DNA of 64,000 bases from positions 744,001 to 808,000 of the forward strand of contig OZ251244.1 in the NCBI GenBank assembly GCA_965240325.2. The letters are read 5' to 3'. Both the position numbers and the translations under genes were made by a program. This stretch comes from Rebecca billardiae RCC1528 (lineage: Eukaryota > Protista > Haptophyta). The notes beneath the pieces were generated by a model. It saw nothing but the letters and a program-made list of their open reading frames with translations. It was not told the origin of the DNA and searched no databases. Shown here in pieces: positions 1 through 9,914 of the stretch (positions are counted from its first letter, which is position 1; every line of letters begins with the position of its first letter).

Positions 1-307
1 AGCTCGTCCTCCTCGTAGAGTACCGTTCAGTTCCGAGGCGTAGCCCTCGCTCAGAGTCGACCGACGATGGACTCGGATCGTCGCCGTCGGCGCGCCTGCT
101 CTCTCTCAAGAAGAGTTCTGGGAGACCCCGGAAAGGCATGGCAAGGGCGGCGCGTGGTGAAGTCGAAGGCTCAGAGATCGATCAGTCCGGCATCAGGCGC
201 CGCTGCCCCCGAGCTTGCGAGAGCCCGAACACAGGGCGGCGGCTGCGGCGCCGGCTCGCGGACGCGCCGGGGCCGCGCAAGGCCGCGCCGAGGCATCCGA
301 CAGGGCG

Positions 308-550
308 GCAGGGGCGGCGGGGGCGCGCGGAGTGAGCGGGGGCACGAACGCGATGTCGACGGCAGTCGGGACCCGCCGCAGCCGCGCGCTCCAGGCGCCA
401 TTCGCCGCGCGCACCTGCCCATCGCCGTCCTCACCCGTCGGTCGCTCGTGAGCCTCGTGCCCGTGGCTCGCCTCCAAACGCGGGCCGCCTTTGGTGGGCC
501 GCCGCCCGGGGCCGCGCGCGCGCCCAACCAAGTCCGTTCGCGTCAGTGAT
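308..550 (+). repeat. Dispersed repeat, copy 1 (copy 2 at about 20366-20550)
   Basis: GGGCGCGCGGAGTGAGCGGGGGCACGAACGCGATGTCGACGGCAGTCGGGACCCGCCGC aligns with the second copy; similarity is patchier further downstream. Confidence 0.75.
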
Positions 551-1147
551 AGTATTGAGATACGCCGAGCTTGGGCCCTCTGCTACTGACCCTTGCCTTG
601 TCGGCTCCTGATACAGATAGGGCGCGATTGAATAGTTGATCAACTGATTCAAGGGACGTACATTGTCACATCGGTTCGCGGCAATCTCACTATCAAACTA
701 AATCGCTCGTAACGAACCGTTATTTGAAAAGTCACGGCCGCTCACGTCCCGTCCATCGATTGAATAGGGCGGAATCTCGTGGACGCGGTTATTTCTCCGT
801 AATGCATGTGTAGAGAGGGTCTCAAAAATCGAAACTCGGTCTCCGCCAGCCCTAAAAATCGCCCCCCGTCCCTTTTTTCTTGATCAAAGATCTTTTTGAA
901 ACGTGGTTAGGGCCCACGGAGCGGGCTCCACGCTGCGCGTTCCGCCCGTGCCGCACCGCGGGCCATGATACCCATACTAATAATGATGAGTAAGACCGTG
1001 GCGATCCTCGAGCCAGATACTCATATATCCCGCGGTGCGACTCGCTTGATGATGATCGGACTGGCAGCTGGCCGGGCACATATCAGTCACTCAGATATCG
1101 TAAGTTCGCCGGCAACTTCATTCACTACTACATAAGTAGTCGGTCAC

Positions 1148-1149
<2 letters not shown>

Positions 1150-1179
<30 letters not shown>
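1150..1179. repeat. (AG)n microsatellite
   Basis: About 30 bp of pure AG dinucleotide repeat. Confidence 0.95.
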
Positions 1180-1183
<4 letters not shown>

Positions 1184-1872
1184 GACGATGACTGCATGCT
1201 CGGACGATGACGTCACGTACTGATATGTGACGACGTAACAAGTATCATCTATATATATAGTCGATCGAGTCCCGAGTATATTATATAAGCAGTGTTACGT
1301 ACAGTCCGGCCTCACTCCGAGCGCTGACTCAGTCAGTCAGTACGGGCAGACAGTAAGCTAGGCACCTTCAGAGTTGACTAATATTAATTCTACTCAGTAG
1401 TCGTAATAAGGGCGGCGTAAGGCTAGCAGTAAGCTACTACTGACGGCTGAAAAATTATTATTTATATTATTAATAATGAATATTGCGCGGACGACGATGA
1501 CTCGCGATGCCGCCCGCGCCGCGACTCGCCGCCACCCGCGGCGGACCCGCCGGCTCCGGGCCGGTATTCACGCAGCAGCTCGCTCCGTGAGCGGGTGACG
1601 ACGCGCCCCAGCTGCGACAAAACGTACGATTCCAGCGGTTCCCACCGCCTCAGCCGCACCGCGTTACGCCCACCGCGGGCAGAACGCGCTGCGCCGGAGG
1701 ACTCCGCGGACCAGCCTCGATCCACGATCGTGTGGGACCGTGGCGTGCGCCGCAGCTCTCGCCGCGCCGCGCGCAGCCGCTGCGCCGCGCCGCCGCGCCC
1801 AGTGGCCGAATGACTCACCGGGCGCAGGCAGCGCACGCGCAGCAGCGGCGCCATGCAACGCGCCGGCTGGCC

Positions 1873-4444
1873 TCAGCCATGCTTGCGCTTGTTGGCGCGC
1901 TTGGCGCGCGCCGTGATGTCGTCAGCCTCGGGCGCGGCAGCCTGCCTGGGGTGCGCCAGCTTGCGCCCGCCGTGCCTCCCGCCGCCCTTGCCGCCCGCCG
2001 CCCTGGTCAGCGCCGCGCCCTCCGGGTGCGAGCCGTCAACGTCCGGAGCGGCGGCGGGCGCAGCCATCATCAGGAGGCGGGTGCGCGGCGCGAGCGCGCC
2101 TCGACCGTCGGCGATGGCGGCACGGTCAATCAGAGCGGACGCCGCCTCCAGACCACCGCCGCCGAGCCCGCTCATCATCCCCGCTGACGAGACGGGCTGG
2201 CACGCGCGCAGCTGGGCGAGCACGGAGTTGAACGCGTCGGCGGCGCCGGCGTCGTGCCCGCTCGCCGCGCCGCAGACGAGGAGCTGCGTAGCCAGTGAGA
2301 GCGCGTGCGCGCGCGCCTCATCGGCGGGCGGCGCGTTGACCTCGTCCGCTTTCGGCACGCCCGCCGGGCGGCCGGCCAGCACGAGCCTCGCCTGGGCGGC
2401 GGGGCCGGCCAGGCTGTGCGCCGGCACCAGCCCTGCGCCGCAGTGCAGCTCCGCGCCGTACGCCAGCGGCGCGCTCTCGCCGTCGGCCGAGCCGCACGCG
2501 GCGCCCTCCGCCACGGCGCGCGTGTACAGGCGGCTTGTCCCGGCTGGCACGATGAGCACGTCCACCGCCTGGCTGGCGACAGCAGACAGCTTCGCCTGCA
2601 GCTCGCCGGCGCCCGGTGCGCTGCCCGGCGGCAGGCCGCCATTCGCCAGGTGGGCGGCGCCGTCCGCCCAGACCATGTGGGGCAGCGCGGGCGCGGCGCC
2701 GCCCGCGCCGAGCGCGCCCTGCTGCGACTGCATTGTGGACTTGTCAGCGGCGGACGTTGCGTAGCAGTGGGCGTGCGGCGGCGGCTGCGGCGTCCCCTGC
2801 GGCGGCGGCGGCAGCAGCCCCTGCATGCCCTGCGGGGGCAGCGGCAGATGCGGCTGCGCCGCCGGTGCGAACGGCGGTGCCGCGTACGGCGCAGGCACCG
2901 CCGCCGGCGCGTGAGGCGCCATGGGCGCCGCATGCGTCGGGACCAGCCCGCTCGAGTGCGCGAACGCCTGCTGCATCGGCGCGGGCCCTCCGAACGGCAC
3001 AGGGAGCATCGCCGCAGGGACGGAGGCCTGGAGCGGCGGCAGCGCCTGCGGCGGGGCGCCTGCGCCGCCGCCCGCGGCCGAGCCGAGGTAGCCTCCGGGA
3101 AACTGCCGGGCTGGCGCGGCCGCGACGCGGGATGCGAGCTGCCGGCTGTCGAAGGGTGCGGTCGGCGCGGCGGAGCACGAAGGCAGCGCGCCCGTGTGCG
3201 GGCATGGGCAGGCCGGCGAAGCCATGGTGCACGTCGGTGTGCCCGCGTACCCCGCGCCGGCCGGCACGGAGAACGGGAGCCGCGGCACGCCGAGCGGGTC
3301 GAGCGCGGACACGGGCAGCGCCGCCGTTGGAAGCGCCGCCGGAAGCAGCCCGCCCGTCGCCTGCACTTGCGAAAAGTCCGGAAAGGCCGGCGGGAACGGC
3401 GGCGCGACCGGGGCCGCGGTCAGCCCGTCCAGGCCTCCGGTGGCAGGCACCGCGGGCGGCGCCACGTACGGCTGCGAGAGCAGGAGGGGCGCGGCGCCTG
3501 ACGCGAGCGGCGCGCTCAGCGCGAGGGGCTGCACCGCCGCCGGCAGCGTCCGCGCCGCCGCCGCGTGCACCTGTCCAGCCAGGCCCGGCGGCGGCGGCGC
3601 GTACAGCGATTGCGACACCGGCAGGAGGGCTGGCACGGCGGCGGGCGGCACGCCCGCCGGCGGTGCGACCACCGCCATGAATGGCGCGCCCATCGGCTGC
3701 ACGTGCGGCGCGCCCGGCGCCGCGACTCGCGCCGGCCCATCGAGACCGTTACTCGGGATGCCGTTACTCGGGATGGCGACTATGGCCGCCGCCGCGATGG
3801 ACTCGAGGTCCTCGCCGCCGAGCTTGGTGCCCGTGGGGCCACCGGCGGGCCCACCGACCTGCTTCTGCCGCCGCGTCGCCGAGTAGTACCGGTTCTTGAT
3901 CGCGTGGTCCGTCCGGCCGGGCAGGCGCTTTGCGATCTGCGACCATGACTGTGGGCGGCCGCGGACGCGCACGCGCGCGGCGCACGCGGCGTTCGGCGAG
4001 CGCAGCGCGGTGGGGTTGCGGGCTGGGCGCGTGAGGGCGGTGGGTCTGCAACCGCGCCGTGCGGCCCAACGCACGTCCCCCTACCCCCCGCGCTGGCGCG
4101 CTGGTGGCCTGGCCGGCCGCCGCGCGCCGACGCCCCGGGGAAGAGCATCGTCGCGTGCGCGCGCGCGCTCAGATGTGGAGACCGGGCGCGGGGCGAGCGC
4201 GCACCGTGCCGAGCTCGGCGATGCTGGCGAGGATGATACGGTCCTCCTCGGGCGTCCAGTCGCCCTTCTTGACCTGGGGGCACAGGTGGTTGAACCAGCG
4301 CTCGCGGCACTGCTTATCCTTGCGGTCCTTCAAGCTGCGCGCGATCGAGGACCAGTTGTGTGGGCCCTCGCGCATCACCGCGGTGATGAGCTGGGCGTCC
4401 TCCTCGGCCGCCCACGCCCGCTTGGTGCATTTGGGCTTCGTCAT
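1873..4444 (-). CDS. R2R3-MYB transcription factor; exons 4444-4205 and 3948-1873
   Basis: Spliced protein reads KRAWAAEEDAQLITAV..GPHNWSSIA..RKDKQCRERWFNHLCPQVKKGDWTPEEDRII..ELGT|SWSQIAKRLPGRTDHAIKNRYYS, i.e. two MYB repeats. GT-AG intron 4204-3949. Long Ala/Pro-rich C-terminus. Confidence 0.93.
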
Positions 4445-4943
4445 CGCGCTCCAGCGCGAGACTTGGCGGCGCCGAGGCGGATTCCTCGGCGAGTGCCGAG
4501 GCGGTGTCTTTCGTGCACGCTTTGAAGAGGGTGCGCACGAGTGGATGTCGGTCGAGTTGGTTGCACCCCTGCACTTTGTGCGCGCGCACGATTTTACGAC
4601 CACCAATCGACGGTGCGTACCCACCACCACGCTCTGCAAGAATCTCAGCGAGTTGTGAACCCCCGCGGGGTCAGGTTTGACTGAACGTTCTGGTGACCGG
4701 TCGGGAGCCTCTGCAGGCAGCGCGCTGTGGGAGCCGATGGCGCTGCGTGCATGGCAGAAGGACGAGCAGAACGGTGGATCGCAACCGAATTCGCCTGAAT
4801 GTGCCAACCGCCACGAATCACAGGCGTACACTTTTCGCAACCGCCCTTGATATATGGTTCGGAACCGCTTCCCAACGAGATGTGGTCTGGTACGAACGAA
4901 GATGTGTTTCGGGATGTTTCTGAAGGGGAGAGTCCGCCTCTTA

Positions 4944-7264
4944 GGGCCATTCTGGACCCGGCGGAAAAATTTCCGCCGAGGGTATTCGGGGTAAAAGCCC
5001 GTTTTTTCTTGCCGGCATAGCTATGCCGGAAAAAAGTAACGAGCGTTTGGAAAAAATCTCAACTCGACCCCCAGATGAGATTTTTGCCGTATGTACTACT
5101 ATGGAAATTGTAAGCTCTATCTGGCGACCTGTCCTTTGTGAAGCCGAAGTTGGGGGGTCGTCGGAACCCGCCCCGCGGTACTGGCCTGCCCCCGCCGGCG
5201 CCGATCATGGTGTCCCGCCGCCGCACCCGCCCCGCTGCCCCGTGAGCTGGAGCGCGCGGGTGGGAACGGTGCGATCGCGGGTCCACCTTCCCCCACACCA
5301 AGCGATGTGCTGCGATTCGCTTTCCTCCGTGGTCACCAAGCGCGCGCACGCTCCTACTCTTGCGCCTCCGCGCCAAATGCGCAGATGTGCGACCGCACGC
5401 GACAGCGTACGCTGACGCTGCATCAGGGCTTGAAGTACGCACTGATACGGCATAATGCTCTGATTGCGCATACGCCGCGCTTTGCCCCCGCGCGCGTTAC
5501 CGTCATCGTGACGTGCATGCGCATCCGGAGGCATCGAGGAGTGAATCGGCACGAGAGCATGATGTTCACCCTTTTCTTGCGGCGTCGCCAGATGCCGTTC
5601 GCGGTGCCAGTGCGCGCGCCCACGTGTCCCGGCTTTTTGTTATCCACGCGCTACTCAGAAGCCTACGCCGCTTGGTGCTCCCCCTGCACGGGCATCAGCG
5701 TGCTGGCCTTCGTGCCACTCCCAAGGCCAGACGTGCGACTCAGATGGGGCGAATGCGCGACACGCCTTGTTTGTTACCTGTGATGGCATGTACGTTGAGC
5801 ACTCGACGTGCGGCTAGCGCGATTGGTGCTCATTAGGAGTCTTGCGGTGGAGAGCAGTCCAGAGCCTAAGTTGCCAGCGCTTACATCTACACCACCCCTG
5901 ATCGCGCGTGACAACTCTCAGCCTCAGGCTGTAAAATGTCATGCTGTGCACTCATGCCAGCTCATCTACTCAACGTCTCATGCGCCAAACGGCGTTTGGC
6001 CGCGACTGCGGCTCAGCGCTGGCGACTTTGCCCGGACGTGAGCAAACGTACATTCGCCCCCACAACCGCGCCAGCGCCATTCAAGATGCGCTGCTCGTGC
6101 CGACCCACTGTCTAAGTGCTCTAGTAGCTCACTGAGGACGTGCTCGCGCTTTTCATGCCGACACCAGTGTGCATTGAGCTAGGCGCTCTTGTCACTCGCG
6201 CGCGCAAGAGCGAAGTGAGTACGTACAAGGCCTGGCCAGAGACAAGGGCGGTAAGGGCTGTCAACTCCGAGTGGCGCCGAGTGGCGGAGGTTGGGCGCCC
6301 CTCAACTCGTGCGGCCTCGCGGCGCAGCGGCTAAGTCTCCTGGGGCGCAGCCCTGGAGGGCGCGTGGGGTGCGCACGCCGCGTGCTCCTGCGGCCGCGGC
6401 AGCGGCCGCGGACACGGCGCGCGTGGTTGGTCGTATCATCTGGCGCGAGGCGGCATGACGCGCGCCCATCATACGTGAGCCTCGCCCCGGGCGCGCGCCC
6501 GACCCGCGCCGACCGCGCCGCGCACCGCGCGCGCGCCGGCGGCTGGCGCGTGGCCACGGCTGGCTCTTGGTGCGGCGCGCGTGCGCGGCTGGCCTGAGGC
6601 GCGGCGAGGGCGCCGGCAAGCGCGGCGCGCGGCGTGAGAGGGTACTACGTGCTGTCTAGCAGGCGACCAACCACGCGCGCCGTGTCCGCGGCCGCTGCCG
6701 CGGCCGCAGGAGCACGCGGCGTGCGCTTCCCCACGCGCCCTCCAGGGCGGCGGCCCAGGAGACTTCGCCGCTGCGCCGCGAGGCCGCACGAGTTGAGGGG
6801 CCCAGAACCTCCGCCACTCGGCGCCACTGGGAGTTGACAGCCCTTACCGCCCTTGCCAGAGATCAGGTGTGGGAGCGCTGCACGCTGCTGCAAAGCCGTG
6901 CCTGGTGCCACATCTGCAAGTTGGCTGCCGTCCTCGCCGTGCTCGAGCACTTCGCCCAGCGCTAGCGCCCAGCGCGCAAGCACGCCCTTGACCCGCTCAC
7001 ACGCGCATGGCTCGCGCCGTGCGCCTCGCCGCTGCCCATCGCGACAGGTGTCTCCGGGCGGTGCGTGGGCGGCGCTTGCAGCACGGGCGATGGCTGATGG
7101 CGTTCTGCGACGAGCCCCGTTGCGACATCGGTCCGCGTCCTATGAGCTCGCGTTCGATCTGGCGACCTGTAAGTCGTTTCGTACGCGAACCGTCGGCAAG
7201 AAAAAACGGGCTTTTACCCCGAATACCCTCGGCGGAATTTTTTCCGCCGGGTCCAGAATGGCCC
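4944..7264. mobile_element. Non-autonomous PIF/Harbinger-like DNA transposon (2.3 kb)
   Basis: 71-bp TIRs (4944-5014 and 7194-7264, one mismatch) starting GGGCCATT, flanked by a TTA direct repeat (4941-4943 and 7265-7267). No transposase ORF seen. Confidence 0.9.
6243..6855. mobile_element. MITE with long TIRs (P/hAT-like termini) nested in the Harbinger-like element
   Basis: About 190-bp inverted arms (6243-6433 and 6664-6855) starting CAAGGGCGGTAAGGG. TSD CCAGAGA at 6236-6242 and 6856-6862. Confidence 0.9.
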
Positions 7265-7615
7265 TTAAAGTGCCGAACAACCAATCAGTCGCAATTTTTG
7301 TGCCATTTCCAAACCGCCCTAACCGTATTCCAATGATACAATTACTACCCCAAAACATTCAAGGTTCTCCGTGCCTTTTCATTAGGTATCCGCCGTCGAG
7401 AACTCGACCGGGTCGTAACTTAATCCGATCCATCTGTACCGTATGATGAGTAACCGAGCAGCAACCTAGTCACGTTAATAACTATGAATAAGAAGCTTCC
7501 AATGACAGAGAAGAAGCATCCATCGGGTCGTCATTTATGCACGACCGACTAGATGTCGTTCCATCCCATCAAAGCGAGCGGAACGGAAGTCGTAAGTCGT
7601 TCGCGGGAAAGAGTC

Positions 7616-8436
7616 CTGGCTAGTTCAGACCCGCCGCTCCTTTTGGGAGGCCGCTCCGCGGGCCCGCGGAGCGGCTAGCGATATCCAGTGGAAAAGCGTT
7701 TCGGTCTTCCCGTGGGTTAAATCCAGGATCGCCGAGTTCAGACCGCGTTGAACCTGGGTTGCTCGGCGGTTTGCCGTGTTCTCCGTCATGCCGGCAGGCA
7801 TGCTGCCCGTGCGCATCGCGCCTGCAGATCGCCAGTTCGCCCGCCTATATTGTTGGCTGCCGGTGCAGCGCGGTGCAGCGTGGCACATGCCTTCTTCGAG
7901 ACTCATCTGACGGCGGAAATGGCCGCCCAACCCGCTCTGATCCACCGGTACGTACACACGGACACGGGTCAGGACGGGCAGGGCACACAGCACGAAACGC
8001 GTGGCGAAAAAGGAGTGCGGGGCCCTCCGCGCTCGCACACGGGCAACCACTCAGCTCATGGTACACACTATCCCCCGCCATGCCAGCCAGTCAAAAGTGC
8101 TGCCATCGAAGGTTTTGCGAGGGCCCCAGCCACGCATACGCGCGGTGCCCTAAAGACCGCACTCTGGGACAGAAGCAGTGCGCGGCGAGCGCGAAGGGGG
8201 GGAGAGCGCCGCTCACCAGGTGGAGGCGCGGGCGAATACAGTTCCGCGTCCGCGCGACTCGCGCGAGAGCCGTGCGCGCGACCACTGACGCGCTATAGCC
8301 GCGAGCGCGACGGCGGGTCGGCACAAGGGCGAGCGGCACGCGGAGGCCCTCGTGGCCGGATCTCATTTCAGGCCCTTGCTGGACTTTCCCAGCCGCTCCG
8401 CACGGAGCAATTTATAAATTGTTCGTGGGTAGCCAG
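7616..8436. mobile_element. Putative non-autonomous element with very short TIRs and a 9-bp TSD
   Basis: CTGGCTA...TAGCCAG termini flanked by a GAAAGAGTC direct repeat (7607-7615 and 8437-8445). The boundary is ambiguous: the TSD could be 7, 9 or 11 bp. Confidence 0.6.
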
Positions 8437-8474
8437 GAAAGAGTCCTGCACACCTCCCGATCCAGGCCTCCAAC

Positions 8475-9800
8475 GGCTTGTCAGACAAACCCACAGGATG
8501 GGGCTCGGCGCGCGCACGGCACGATGGCGGCCTCACGCGGCGCGCTCGAACGCGCACCCACGGCCGCTGCGGGTGCGCGCGCGAGGTCGGCGCGGCCGAG
8601 GACACCTATGGGCCTCACGCCCGCGCGCTCCTGCCCGCCCTCGCCGCTCTCGCCGCGCGCAGGGCCCTGTTATTTTCGACGCGACATGTACACGATGCGC
8701 GCCCGCCGCGCGAGAACGCGCGCACGCAAGTGCCAGAGGCCTCCTAAGGACGAGTTACAGCGTCCGCCTGATGGGCCTAGGTGTTGGCGCGTCGGCGAGC
8801 CCCCGCGCACGACGATCCCCGTGCATACTCAGCGGAGTTGAGCGGTTTTGTTGCTTGGTGAGTACATTGTTCAAACACCTCAAATGCTCATGTTGCCGCA
8901 TGGTGCGTTCTCGGGCACCTGCTGGCCGTAGACAGCGCGCTCGACCTGTGAGCGATCGTCTGCAGGCTCGTGTGTACCTACGCTGGTAGCGTGTTGTGGT
9001 CTGATCTGGAGCAGGAAGGTGTCCACTGCTGCACGAAGAAGGCCGCCGGTCGTCAACACTGATGATGACTGAATCCGACTCCCACTGTCCCGGCGCCGCA
9101 AGCGAGCCGGGTGCCCATTCAGCCATTCGTCACAGGGAGGTCGAGGCATGCGCGACGAAGCAGACCGCAAGGTATCGGGAGTCGACGCAACACTTAATGA
9201 ACTGTGCGACGCGTGCCAACGGCGGCGCGAATGCCAAGTGACTCACTGGCCTGTCCGGGCTGTCAGTAGCACATGCCACATGGCGTGCGGTCTGACCGAT
9301 GCCAGCATGGCTCAAGACGCAGCGGTGATGTTCAGCACTCTCAGGCCCCTCGCGCTGTTCAGCACTCTCAGGCCCCTCGCACAGAAGCGAAAACCCCGAC
9401 CGTTGAATACCTCAGGGGCGCACGCGTGCCCTTCGTGCTCATCGGGCAGGCCTTCAAGTCCCTTCTCTCAAGGCCGCTCGTGCCAGTCAGCAGTCTCTGC
9501 GCGCAGAAAGGGTGGCGAGGGCGTCGACAAGGCGGCGGAAATGCTGCCACCGGGTCTTCTCGCCACCAAGAGGCGCCCGCGCACGGCCGTCAAGCTCGTG
9601 TGCCGCCTTGGGCGCGTGGCGCAAGGCGGGCCCTCGCGTCGCCTGTGAGCGCCATCCCGCCGTAGACCGGCGTCCGCGCACGCGCGACGCCTATTCGCTG
9701 CGCACCGGACGACACACCTTCCACTGGGCAGGTGTGTCGTCCGGTTGCTGATCTGCGCCTCCCGGACAATTGGCAATCCTGTGGGTTTGTCTGACAAGCC
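8475..9800. mobile_element. Non-autonomous DNA transposon with a 3-bp TSD (Harbinger/Zator-like termini)
   Basis: Perfect 25-bp TIRs GGCTTGTCAGACAAACCCACAGGAT (8475-8499 and 9776-9800). TSD AAC at 8472-8474 and 9801-9803. Confidence 0.88.
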
Positions 9801-9914
9801 AACGGCATCTCAGCCGGACCATGATCCTGACCACTCAGTCTTGAGTCAGTGGTGGCGATCGCGCCACTGAGCGCAAAGGTGTCCGCCGGCCCCGCCGTCT
9901 CAGGCACGGGCAGT

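Noticed and set aside
1873-7264. MYB gene as the Myb/SANT ORF of the adjacent Harbinger-like element
   Set aside because: The gene lies outside the TIRs and is a canonical cellular R2R3-MYB
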